NCBI GenBank assembly: GCA_964493715.1
Contig: CAZBPC010000023.1
Location: 1-40,244 of the forward strand
Length of the DNA stretch: 40,244 nt
Reading direction: 5' to 3'
From: an uncultured archaeon
GTDB taxonomy: Archaea > Asgardarchaeota > Lokiarchaeia > Sigyniarchaeales > SOKP01
Part shown: positions 9,659 through 19,151 of the stretch, piece by piece
How positions within the stretch are numbered: position 1 is the stretch's first letter
How the letters are laid out: each line of letters opens with the position of its first letter
The notes under the pieces: model-generated
Told to the model about the DNA's origin: nothing
Databases searched by the model: none
The model's input: only the letters and a program-made list of their open reading frames with translations
Made by a program: the position numbers and the translations under genes

Positions 9659-10765
9659 TTAATCGAATGCAATTTCACCGATATTAAAAATTTCGTCAGA
9701 TAATCCAACTTTTTGTTTAGAGAATGACCCATTTTGTAAAGGCTCAATCATTTGGGAATCTTTTCCAAAAATTTGAGGTGATTTAATTCCCGTAATAAGA
9801 AGCATTACACGTAGATAACCGTCATATTCATCATTTACTCTTGCACCCCATATAACCATAGAATCATTCACATCCATTTTTTCAGAGATTTTTTTTGCTA
9901 CTGAATTGGCTTCTGCTAGTGTCATATCATTTCCCCCCGTGATATGAATTAAAGCTCCTTTAGCACCTTCAATACTTACATCGAGCAAGGGAGAATTAAG
10001 AGCATCACCAATAGCATCATCAACTCTGTTTTGATTTTCCCCAGATTCTCCAACACCAACAATTGCAACTCCTCCAGTACTTAGTATTGTTCTTACATCT
10101 GCAAAATCAAGGTTAATTAGTGATGGTAATGAAATTGTTTCGGTTATCCCTTTAACCATCGTAGCAAGAACTTCATCAGCTACACTAAAAGCCTCTATTA
10201 TCGGTAGATCTGGAGCAATTTCTAAAAGCCTATTATTATCAATTACCACTAAAGTATCAGCATACTTCCTCAATTCATTTAAACCTATCTGTGCTTTATC
10301 AATACGTCCAATTTCGGTTTCAAATGGTAAAGTTACTACACCTACAACAATTGCTCCTTCTAATTTAGCAATTTCCGCGACAATAGGGGCACTTCCAGTA
10401 CCTGTTCCTCCTCCTTCGCCACATGTAATGAAGACCAAATTTGATTCTCTTAGGATTTTTGTCAAATCTTCTCTAGATTCTTCAGCTGCGGCTCTTCCAA
10501 CTTCTGGGTTACCTCCTGCTCCTAATCCATGAGTGAGGTTTTTTCCAATTAGAATTTTAATATGAGATTCAACTACATCTAAATGTTGGCAATCTGTATT
10601 AACAGCAACGCATTTGGCACCTTTAATTCCGATTTTCATTAATCTGTTGATAGTATTGTTCCCAGCACCTCCACAGCCAACGATTTTTATATTAGCTTGT
10701 CCAAATAAGTTTTTATTAGGTCTCACTATCTCTCTTTTTCTAGCAGTTTTTATAAACGATTCCAT
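9659..10765 (-). CDS. ftsZ: Cell division protein FtsZ
   Basis: VGCGGAGNN, AVNTD, GLGAGGNPEVG, tubulin signature GGGTGTG, INLDFADV, IWGAR. Confidence 0.97.
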   Translation of the reverse strand: MESFIKTARKREIVRPNKNLFGQANIKIVGCGGAGNNTINRLMKIGIKGAKCVAVNTDCQHLDVVESHIKILIGKNLTHGLGAGGNPEVGRAAAEESREDLTKILRESNLVFITCGEGGGTGTGSAPIVAEIAKLEGAIVVGVVTLPFETEIGRIDKAQIGLNELRKYADTLVVIDNNRLLEIAPDLPIIEAFSVADEVLATMVKGITETISLPSLINLDFADVRTILSTGGVAIVGVGESGENQNRVDDAIGDALNSPLLDVSIEGAKGALIHITGGNDMTLAEANSVAKKISEKMDVNDSMVIWGARVNDEYDGYLRVMLLITGIKSPQIFGKDSQMIEPLQNGSFSKQKVGLSDEIFNIGEIAFD

Positions 10766-10868
10766 TTTATTTCAACTAGTTGAATGACTATGTATTATAG
10801 AAATAATATATATCAAAAATTAGAATGAATATAATATGCTAATATTATCATAATAATATAGTACAGTA

Positions 10869-12095
10869 TTAATCAAGAGAAAAATCATGATCTATAGTAG
10901 GATCAAAAATTTTTATAACATTTGTTCCACTTACGAGAAATATGGGAGGGAGTGAATAGGGGAATCGATTCGAAAATGTTAAAGTATATGCCCCTACATT
11001 AGTTATGATGACAATATCTCCTTCTTCTATAACTTGGGTAAAAAAGTAATCCTTTACAAGAATATCTTGATCGGTTGGAATGATTCCCGCTATGGAAGTT
11101 TTGAATTTATGCGAAGCATCTATTTTAGAGGCATTATAGAACCTTAAGGAACATCGGGCAAATTTTGGGCAGATATTATTTCCGATATTTAAAAAAATCC
11201 AGCGATCGTCTGTTATTTTAATTATTTCAGTTACAAATATACCAGCATCACCTACAAAATATCTCCCGGGTTCAAAATAAATCTTTTTCACATTTATTTT
11301 CAATAATTTCAAATGTTCTTTCAAATTTAGAGCTATTTTTTTCAGTTGTTTTTCAGGGATAACAACTGATTCGGGAAAGCCCCCTCCTAAATTTAAATTT
11401 TCGATATTTATCTCTGAATTTCTTAATTGATTATAAGCTTGTGCTATATTCTCTAAATTTATTCTAAATTGTTCAAAATTATTCATCTGAGTTGCGCGGT
11501 GAGATAAAATAGTTTTTAAACTTACACTCTCACAATCTTGTAAGAGCTCTTTCAGTTTTGAAAGGGTTTTAGTATCTAGTGTGATACCCAATTTGCTACC
11601 AAATTTCTGAGAATTAATTCTTAAGCATAAATTTTGAGTTTTCCCATATTTTTCTGAAATCACATTAACTCTCTTTATATCATTTAAATTATATATAATG
11701 ATTTCGCGTATGTCATTTATCACACATTTCTCAATAAATTCATCTGGTAAATATGGCCCTCCAGCAATAATCTTATTGGAGGAATATCCTAACCTCAAAG
11801 CAAGGTTAAGTTCTGGAATTCCAACAATTTCAGCTCCTGCACCTTCAGATTGAATTATCCTACAAACCTCTGGTAGAAAATTTGCTTTAAATGAATAAAA
11901 TCCTTGATAATTGCTAAATACAGATTTAAATATCTTGTTAAACGTATGAATATTGTCTCTAATTTTATTTTCCAAAAGAACCATTAGTGGTGTTTTAGAT
12001 TCTTCCAAGATGGTTCTTAATGGTACGGAATCAAAATTGATAAGATTATCCTTATTTAATATATATTTATTACCTGCTATCGTTTTCAATTTCAA
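10869..12095 (-). CDS. Fold-type III PLP-dependent decarboxylase (LysA/ODC family), substrate uncertain
   Basis: YSFKAN (PLP lysine), KLG, LNLGGGF, FEPGRYFV, GAY. The catalytic Cys motif is replaced by GIIPTDQD. Confidence 0.8.
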   Translation of the reverse strand: MKLKTIAGNKYILNKDNLINFDSVPLRTILEESKTPLMVLLENKIRDNIHTFNKIFKSVFSNYQGFYSFKANFLPEVCRIIQSEGAGAEIVGIPELNLALRLGYSSNKIIAGGPYLPDEFIEKCVINDIREIIIYNLNDIKRVNVISEKYGKTQNLCLRINSQKFGSKLGITLDTKTLSKLKELLQDCESVSLKTILSHRATQMNNFEQFRINLENIAQAYNQLRNSEINIENLNLGGGFPESVVIPEKQLKKIALNLKEHLKLLKINVKKIYFEPGRYFVGDAGIFVTEIIKITDDRWIFLNIGNNICPKFARCSLRFYNASKIDASHKFKTSIAGIIPTDQDILVKDYFFTQVIEEGDIVIITNVGAYTLTFSNRFPYSLPPIFLVSGTNVIKIFDPTIDHDFSLD

Positions 12096-13384
12096 TCACT
12101 CCTATTATTAATTAAATCATCATAAACATTTTTCGTTTTATTTGCAATATTTCTCCAAGAATGGAAAGTTTCTACTTTCACTTTACCTTGTTCACCAAGT
12201 CGTTTTCTTAATTTCTTATTTCTTAGAAGCTTTACTACTTGATCAGCAATATTATGAGGATTATCAAACTCAGTAAGTAGACCATCTATATTTTCTTGAA
12301 TTACTTCTGGTGTTGCACCAATTTTAGCACCGATCACGGGTTTACCAGCAGACCATGCTTCTAAAAAAGCTATTCCGTAAGCATCACTTCGACTTGGCAT
12401 TAAATAAAGATCGCTTTCCATAAATGCAGCAATCTTATTTTTATCAAAATATCCTGTTAAATTATCTGGAGAAAGATTAATTATCCGAGCATTAGTATTT
12501 TTCCTTGTCTTTACTATTTCACGATTGAAAGCAGTCGTGGAAGGACCAATAAAAGTAAAATATACTTTTGGATAATTTTCTAATATATATGGGATCGCTT
12601 TTAAAATCGAGATAGCTCCCTTTTCAAAATTTTTGTATCCACAAAACAAAATTAATTTATAATTTCTCTCTTTTCTGCTAAAGTAGTGATCTTTAAAATT
12701 GAAAGATCCTTTACGTAAAATAAACTTGTCAAAGTCTACTCCCATAGGAATTGTAGCAATCTTAGAAGAAGTTAAATTTAAATTCTTAATGAGGTAATTT
12801 TTTTCTATTGAGGTGCACGCTATAAGCATATCAAAGTTACGCAAAATAGTGATTAAATTAGAATTCAAATATCTAGGATTTGAAAAATGAAAAAAAGGGG
12901 TACAAATTACTGGTTTTTTAAGAATTTTTCCTATTAATAAGGCTATCACTAAATTAAAATAAGGAAAAAAGGTGGTATGTATGATATCATAATCCTTTTG
13001 TTTATAATTGAGGAAGTTATTAACAATTTCCTTTAGATAAGGACCATTTTTTAATGTTTCACAGAGGGTCTCATCGGAAAGTTGAAGAGATTTTAGAATT
13101 GGGGTTTTTTTTAATTCCTGTAATAAATCCCTAAGGTCTTCTTTATAACTTACAGGAAATCTATATACATCGACATTATTAACATTAGAAAAATATTTAT
13201 TAGTCTCTTTAATAATTTTTCCCTTAGGATCTCTTAAAGCTTTAAAATCTAAAGCATTAGATGTAAATACATCTATATCACATTTATAATCCGTTTTGAA
13301 TATTTCTGCTAATCTTTGAATATACAATTCAGCACCTGAGATTGCAGGGAAATATCTTGTCGGTAAGTAAAGAATAGTATTCAA
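12092..13384 (-). CDS. GT4 family glycosyltransferase
   Basis: PAISGAE, IPMGVD, KG, PSRSDAYGIAFLEAWSAGKPVI. Confidence 0.9.
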   Translation of the reverse strand: MNTILYLPTRYFPAISGAELYIQRLAEIFKTDYKCDIDVFTSNALDFKALRDPKGKIIKETNKYFSNVNNVDVYRFPVSYKEDLRDLLQELKKTPILKSLQLSDETLCETLKNGPYLKEIVNNFLNYKQKDYDIIHTTFFPYFNLVIALLIGKILKKPVICTPFFHFSNPRYLNSNLITILRNFDMLIACTSIEKNYLIKNLNLTSSKIATIPMGVDFDKFILRKGSFNFKDHYFSRKERNYKLILFCGYKNFEKGAISILKAIPYILENYPKVYFTFIGPSTTAFNREIVKTRKNTNARIINLSPDNLTGYFDKNKIAAFMESDLYLMPSRSDAYGIAFLEAWSAGKPVIGAKIGATPEVIQENIDGLLTEFDNPHNIADQVVKLLRNKKLRKRLGEQGKVKVETFHSWRNIANKTKNVYDDLINNRSD

Positions 13385-13426
13385 ATCTATGATCCTAAAT
13401 ATAAATAATAATTATTAATATATGAG

Positions 13427-13825
13427 ATGCAAATGTCAAAAGATTTATTATTTGAATTGCAAAAATTAATCACAAAAAAAGGGATTATAGATGACGAAAT
13501 CATCAATTTTGTTAATTCAAATTTTGTTATAAACTTTGAAAAAGTATTAGAAAGTTTTAGTAGGGGTGTTATAAAGAATAGATATAAACCCTCTGGTAGA
13601 CTTTCCTGGATTGTAATAGGAGAAGAAGACAAGCATTTAGTGTATCCAAAACTTTATTGTTCCTGCCAAGAATTCTATAAGAATGTAGTAATTAACAGAA
13701 AACGAAATTATTGTAAACATATTATTGCACAGATCCTCAGCGAAGCATTGGGAGAATATAGTATTAAAGAATTAGAAGATAAAAAATATTACTCTATGAT
13801 AAAAGAATTAGAATCAAAATTCTAA
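13427..13825 (+). CDS. SWIM zinc-finger protein, SWS1/ZSWIM7-like
   Basis: PSGR..W.V.G...YCSCQEF...CKHIIA (CxC-xn-CxH). Confidence 0.8.
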   Translation: MQMSKDLLFELQKLITKKGIIDDEIINFVNSNFVINFEKVLESFSRGVIKNRYKPSGRLSWIVIGEEDKHLVYPKLYCSCQEFYKNVVINRKRNYCKHIIAQILSEALGEYSIKELEDKKYYSMIKELESKF

Positions 13826-14464
13826 AATTTCAGCTCTTTTTAATGAATTTTCAACAATTTCAGAGACATTATACAACAGTTCAGATTGAATAATTTCATG
13901 TTTTTTCGCATGTGTTTCAGGATAAATAGGATTGAATTGACAAGAAGCAGATTTCAAGGATGTAATATTGTAAAGTCCCAATTTTTTGTTTAGATCGATT
14001 ACCTCTAATTTATCCCATCCAATTAATGGTCTTATGATGATGAAATTTCGCATTAAATCATTATATTGAATAAGATTATCAAGAGTTTGACTAGCTTGTT
14101 CACCAAGAATATCGCCAGTAACGACTAAATTTGTACCTTCCCGTTTGCCAATTGCTATAGCAATACGTAACATCATCCGTTTACATAATATACACGTTAA
14201 TTTTCTTTCACAGCTTTTTTGGAAAAGATCAAGATTAGGATCGTGATTAATAAAATAAACTTTTATTTTATAATCAATCTGAGTTTTTAGTTTCTTTAGT
14301 ATATTGATGATTTTCAATTTTAAGGAATTTTCAATATCATCTGAAGTTAAAAATGAAAGAAAGATGGGCTCAAAACCATTTTTAGCAATTAAATAAGCTG
14401 CTACGGGACTATCTAATCCTCCTGAAAATAAGGATATAAACTTTTTCATAAAAATCACTTTCAA
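13814..14464 (-). CDS. ThiI-like tRNA sulfurtransferase catalytic domain without THUMP
   Basis: PP-loop SGGLDS, CILCKRMM, TGDILGEQASQTLDNL, RPLIGWDK; only about 210 aa. Confidence 0.82.
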   Translation of the reverse strand: MKVIFMKKFISLFSGGLDSPVAAYLIAKNGFEPIFLSFLTSDDIENSLKLKIINILKKLKTQIDYKIKVYFINHDPNLDLFQKSCERKLTCILCKRMMLRIAIAIGKREGTNLVVTGDILGEQASQTLDNLIQYNDLMRNFIIIRPLIGWDKLEVIDLNKKLGLYNITSLKSASCQFNPIYPETHAKKHEIIQSELLYNVSEIVENSLKRAEILEF

Positions 14465-15067
14465 TTATTTTACAATTATTTCCTCTCGTTCCCATTGGTT
14501 TAAATATCTATTAAAATCATTAATATGTAATTCCCTAGGGATTTCTATTTTCCCTTCATATTCTAATTCTCGAATTTTTAATTGCAGTCTCTTATTCTTT
14601 CTATAAAATTTTTCAGCTTTAGGGAATTCATCTTTAAAGATAATTTTTAGGTTTTCTAGATCAATGTTAAATAATTGATCATAGTTATCGATAATAAAAT
14701 TGCATTGAGGGTCAATCGAAATCTTAAAATTAAATGCATCCACACGGGTCAAAGATAGAGGATATGCTTGACAAGCGTAAGGTTTTTCATCATGAATTGA
14801 ACATCCTGTTTCTTTTTGATAAAATGGACATCTTTTATTCTGATTATTCAACAATATTCTATATGTTACAACTAAAATTTTTTTATTTTTAATGTCAGGA
14901 AACACGAGATCTTCAATAACTTGAAAATTGAAACCTTTTTTTTCAGCAACTGAAATTAGTTTTGTCACTTCTTCTGGATATAATGGAATTCTTTTTGAAC
15001 CTGGTTGCTCTGTAATTTCATAGCAACAAGTTCCACATTGCATGCAATTAAATATAAGAGATGTCAT
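14465..15067 (-). CDS. YkgJ-family cysteine-cluster (CxxCxxCC) protein
   Basis: FNCMQCGTCC, CPFY..GCSIHDEKPYACQAYP. Confidence 0.88.
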   Translation of the reverse strand: MTSLIFNCMQCGTCCYEITEQPGSKRIPLYPEEVTKLISVAEKKGFNFQVIEDLVFPDIKNKKILVVTYRILLNNQNKRCPFYQKETGCSIHDEKPYACQAYPLSLTRVDAFNFKISIDPQCNFIIDNYDQLFNIDLENLKIIFKDEFPKAEKFYRKNKRLQLKIRELEYEGKIEIPRELHINDFNRYLNQWEREEIIVK

Positions 15068-15249
15068 TAAATATTTATTCTTTTATATGATTGAACAGAA
15101 CTTAAGATTATAATATACTTAAATTAGTGATAATATGAATATATTACTTTTACAATAAATCACGTGTCTATTAGGATAACACACGATTTTTAAAAAGAAG
15201 ATTTTCAATGATTTATTATAGTATAAGTATTGATAATAGGTAAATAAAA

Positions 15250-16065
15250 TTGACAGAATCTGGAATTAGAATTATTAAACACGCTAATTTATCAAAAGAA
15301 GATTTGACAAATCCAATTTGCATTTTAGGGATGCCAGGTATTGCAGATATCGGAAAATTTGCTTTAGATTCCTTAATTGGACAATTAGATGCTAAAAATT
15401 TTATGGATTTTATTTTTGATGACTATCCTGCAGGAGCAATAGTAGATGATAGCTTACTTTCAGCTCCTAAAGCAGAAATATTAGTCTGGAAGGATCCTGA
15501 GGGAATACGAGATATTTTATTAATAACTGCTGATGCTCAGAGTTTAACTCCAAAAGGGATATATCGAATCTCTAATTTCCTAGCTGAAATTATTCAGCAG
15601 TATGATATAAAATTAATCATAGCATTAGGGGCATATCCATTAAATAATAGGAAATTAAATCAAAAAATACCCAAAATTTATGTAAGTTCGACGAATCGCA
15701 ATTTATTAGAAAAATTCCTATTAGATAATAATTGTGAAAAAATTCAAAAAGGAGTTATTATTGGTGCAAATGGTTTGATTCCAACTTTGGCTAAAGCACG
15801 TTTTAATATTGATGGGTTAGTTTTATTAGCTGAGACTGACAATATCGCGATGATCAATGAAGATGTGACTGACTTGAAAGCTTCAATTACGTTATTAGAA
15901 TTAATTAAGAAATCTTTTACGCTTCCAATAAAAAAGAAGTATTCTTTAGAAAATATTGATGATATTACTAAAAATCTCCAAAATAAAAGAGAAGAATTAG
16001 AGAAGGATCTTGATACTTTTCAATTAATTGATGCTGAAGATAAAAGAAAATCACTATATATCTAG
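15250..16065 (+). CDS. PAC2-family proteasome assembly chaperone (TTG start)
   Basis: GMPGIADIGK, LLITADAQ, IIALGAY, IIGANGLI, LLAET, C-terminal aromatic tail (SLYI). Confidence 0.85.
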   Translation: MTESGIRIIKHANLSKEDLTNPICILGMPGIADIGKFALDSLIGQLDAKNFMDFIFDDYPAGAIVDDSLLSAPKAEILVWKDPEGIRDILLITADAQSLTPKGIYRISNFLAEIIQQYDIKLIIALGAYPLNNRKLNQKIPKIYVSSTNRNLLEKFLLDNNCEKIQKGVIIGANGLIPTLAKARFNIDGLVLLAETDNIAMINEDVTDLKASITLLELIKKSFTLPIKKKYSLENIDDITKNLQNKREELEKDLDTFQLIDAEDKRKSLYI

Positions 16066-16153
16066 ATTTCGCTTATTCCAATTATTTTTCTGATTTAAGT
16101 TTAAATTAAATTTTATCCAAAAAATTTAATATCAATGATCTATTATAATTAGT

Positions 16154-16303
16154 ATGAATTACGTATGTGCAAGAAAAGCATGTGGAAAGGAAGTCTCCAA
16201 GCAAGAATTAAATGCACTTCCTGGAATAAAATGTTCACATTGTGGTTTTCGGATTCTGTATAAAAAACGTCCTGATGTAATAAAAAGAATTAAAGTGCGT
16301 TAA
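16154..16303 (+). CDS. rpoP: RNA polymerase subunit Rpo12 (RpoP), 49 aa, not in ORF track
   Basis: Translated by hand: MNYVCARKACGKEVSKQELNALPGIKCSHCGFRILYKKRPDVIKRIKVR; the zinc ribbon and RILYKKR are diagnostic. Confidence 0.93.
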   Translation: MNYVCARKACGKEVSKQELNALPGIKCSHCGFRILYKKRPDVIKRIKVR

Positions 16304-17222
16304 AATTTGCTTGCATATGATTTACAAGTTCCTTGTATCTATTTCTTATAGTTGCTTCAGTCACCCCTGCTGCTAAAGATATTTCTTTTTGAGTTCTCCT
16401 TTCACCTTCTTGCATAGCTGCCACATATAACGCGGCACCAGCTAGACCTGTGGGTGCTTTACCAGCAGTAATCTGATACTTTTTTGCCAAATTTAATAAT
16501 TCTGCAGCTCTATTCTGAGTACGACCGGATAGATTTAGTTCAGCACAAAATCTTGGAATGAATGTTATTGGAGAAGGGACATTAATATTGATTTTTAATT
16601 CTTGAAGGATTAATCTATAACAACGTGCAATTTTTTTCCTATCTACTAATGCAAATTCTAAAAAATCATCTAAGGTTTTAGGGATCTTATTTAATTTGCA
16701 AGATAAATATATTGAAGCAATTAACATAGCCTCTATTGATCTTCCACGGATCAAATTTTTGTTAGCTATTTTACGATAAATGTGAGCAGCTGATTCTTTC
16801 AATTCTTTTGATAAATTTAATTGTGATGAGAATCTATCTAATTCATTCATAGCATAGGCTAGATTACGATCTAGAGACTTGTTTGTGCGCGTTCTGACAT
16901 GCCATTTTCTTAACCGATATACTTCTGCTTTCATCTTTGGACTAATAATCTTTCCAAACGCATCTTTGTTTGTCCAACCAATCATAGTACTAAGACCCTT
17001 ATCGTGAAGAGTTAATGTAGTTGGCGCTCCAACTCTCACTTTTTTAGTTGCTTCTTCTGATGAAAAAGCTCTCCATTCCGGACCCGAATCAATGAGTTTT
17101 TGATCTAATACTAACCCACATACAACACAAACAATCTCACCACGAGTCTCATCAGATATTAAATTCTTATTTCCACATTCTGGACATAAGTTTGAATTAT
17201 TTAGAGACAATGACAGATCCAA
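16290..17222 (-). CDS. tfb: Transcription initiation factor IIB (TFB), TTG start
   Basis: CPECG zinc ribbon, GPEWRAF, LHDKGLST, RLRKW, two cyclin repeats, GVTEATIRNRYKEL. Confidence 0.97.
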   Translation of the reverse strand: MDLSLSLNNSNLCPECGNKNLISDETRGEIVCVVCGLVLDQKLIDSGPEWRAFSSEEATKKVRVGAPTTLTLHDKGLSTMIGWTNKDAFGKIISPKMKAEVYRLRKWHVRTRTNKSLDRNLAYAMNELDRFSSQLNLSKELKESAAHIYRKIANKNLIRGRSIEAMLIASIYLSCKLNKIPKTLDDFLEFALVDRKKIARCYRLILQELKININVPSPITFIPRFCAELNLSGRTQNRAAELLNLAKKYQITAGKAPTGLAGAALYVAAMQEGERRTQKEISLAAGVTEATIRNRYKELVNHMQANFNAL

Positions 17223-17389
17223 AAACGGCTACCCTTAACTTTTTCTATTCCTTAATTTCTATAATCATTATCCAACATTTAAATATTTGCGTTTTTAAGA
17301 ATTATCAGTTAATAAATTTCTTGTTAATATTTTGTTGTTTGGATAATTTATAAAAAAATTTTAATAGGATCAAATTTTCAATCCATATA

Positions 17390-17839
17390 ATGCGACATTT
17401 TTATAAAAGCCACGGAAAACATTGCTATCTTCGCTCATTTAAGACATCTTGCCCCACATGCAAAGCAGATGTATTGTATTGGGAATGTACTCATGGGAGT
17501 AAAATTTTTTTTGAGTATCCACCTTATGGAAAATTGATAAGACATATTTGTCGACAAAATCTAAAGAAAAATCAAAGATCAGATAAGTTCCAAGTAATAA
17601 TAAAAAAGCAATTAGGGTTATTAGAAAAATCAAGAGTAAGCTGTCCTGTTTGTGGAAAATTATTTGAAAATGATAATCATTTGAATGATCATATCAGTAA
17701 AATGAAAAATAATGATGATAACCATAAATTATTCTTAGAAGATCAATATTTTTTTGAGAATAATTTCAAACCTGTAAATAAAAAAGAAACCAAATACCAA
17801 CCAAAGTTTGGTCGAATAATTCTTAAGAAGGGAAAATGA
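17390..17839 (+). CDS. Hypothetical zinc-finger protein
   Basis: CPTC..ECTHGS..HIC cluster and a C2H2-like CPVCGKLF...HLNDHI. Confidence 0.7.
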   Translation: MRHFYKSHGKHCYLRSFKTSCPTCKADVLYWECTHGSKIFFEYPPYGKLIRHICRQNLKKNQRSDKFQVIIKKQLGLLEKSRVSCPVCGKLFENDNHLNDHISKMKNNDDNHKLFLEDQYFFENNFKPVNKKETKYQPKFGRIILKKGK

Positions 17840-17957
17840 GACTTTGTTCTTTTCCATAAATTTTAATATAAAATTTATAATTATATTTATAATAGATATT
17901 TTTAAGAAAATATCTTACTTAAAGTGAGAAATAAATCTCAGATATCGGGTAAAAAAA

Positions 17958-18560
17958 ATGCCTTTAGATCCAGCAACAGCTGTTTTCAATTTATTACAAA
18001 AAGATCCAAGCATTATTGCTGCCGCAGTTGTTCAAGGAGGAAATATAATATATTCAACTGATAATTGGGATATAAGTGCTGATGTGGGAAAGGTTGTATC
18101 TAGTTGGAATAGTATGAATGCTCAATCTGTCATAATTTCTGGTGTTAAATATTCCGTTCTTCAATGCACAACTGAAAGATTGGTAGCTACTTCCATCAAA
18201 GGAGAAGGACATATAATTGGTGCAAAAGACCAAGAACATCAATTAATCGTGTATTTAGAACCTGATGGTGAACCTATGGGAGCAACTATGGATACTTCTA
18301 GAGCTATATCAGAAATGAATACTTCCTATCAAGTATATATAGATCCAAATGCACCTTTAGGAAGGGCGGAACCTGCTCAACCTTCAACATCTAATATTGA
18401 TCCTCAATTAAAGGGAGAAATACAATCATTTTTAGATTGGATTAAGGACGGAGAAGGTCTCTCGGGTTATATTAATTACTATATGCAACAAAATAACACA
18501 CAAATTATTACGGAGCTCTCAAAAATATATAGTGAATTAAGGCAAATATTTGGTGTTTAG
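17958..18560 (+). CDS. Asgard profilin with about 75-aa C-terminal extension
   Basis: IIAAAVV..G.IIYSTDNWDI, IISGVKYSVLQCTTERLVATSIKGEGHII, LIVYLEPDG follow the Loki-profilin pattern as I recall it. Confidence 0.78.
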   Translation: MPLDPATAVFNLLQKDPSIIAAAVVQGGNIIYSTDNWDISADVGKVVSSWNSMNAQSVIISGVKYSVLQCTTERLVATSIKGEGHIIGAKDQEHQLIVYLEPDGEPMGATMDTSRAISEMNTSYQVYIDPNAPLGRAEPAQPSTSNIDPQLKGEIQSFLDWIKDGEGLSGYINYYMQQNNTQIITELSKIYSELRQIFGV

Positions 18561-18602
18561 TGTTTTCATTAGAAATAACTAATATTAGTTCTATCTTTTA
18601 TT

Positions 18603-19010
18603 ATGAATGATTTAAAGAATCTAAAATCTGAAAATGTAAAAGAAGACATAAAAGATAAATCAAAAAAGAACATAGATTTAAATATTCCCGAAATTCCAGA
18701 AGCTCCTAAGAAAAAAGAAAGAATTACCCTTAACTCTCCAGGAATTTCGACTGATCTATTGGACAAAATTAAGAAGTTAGAACAAAAAAACATAAAAGTA
18801 GTATTAGTTAATTGCGAGAGATGTAAAGAAGTTATTCCTGTCCCTATACCAAAAAACAGTATTAAAAAGTCAGAGTTACCTGTAGTCCCTATTAGTTTTA
18901 TTCATAAAAACTCAAAAAGGAAAGATCTACACTGTATTACCCTTTACGTTGATCATGATTTTGATATCAGAAGACAAAGAATTTCTGATGTAATACTCGA
19001 TTTAGACTGA
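18603..19010 (+). CDS. Hypothetical protein with CxxC...H...H metal-binding domain
   Basis: Low-complexity N-terminus, then CERC...FIH....HCITLYVDHDFDIRR. Confidence 0.7.
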   Translation: MNDLKNLKSENVKEDIKDKSKKNIDLNIPEIPEAPKKKERITLNSPGISTDLLDKIKKLEQKNIKVVLVNCERCKEVIPVPIPKNSIKKSELPVVPISFIHKNSKRKDLHCITLYVDHDFDIRRQRISDVILDLD

Positions 19011-19151
19011 ATCATCCAATTTTACATTCATCAAAAATCGTGTTGATCCAAAATTGAGTTTAAAAGATTTAAAAAGTTGTTAAATACTATATATTATGAT
19101 TTAGACTAATTTATGACAATATAATTTCCATATTGAGATGGTGAAAATATT

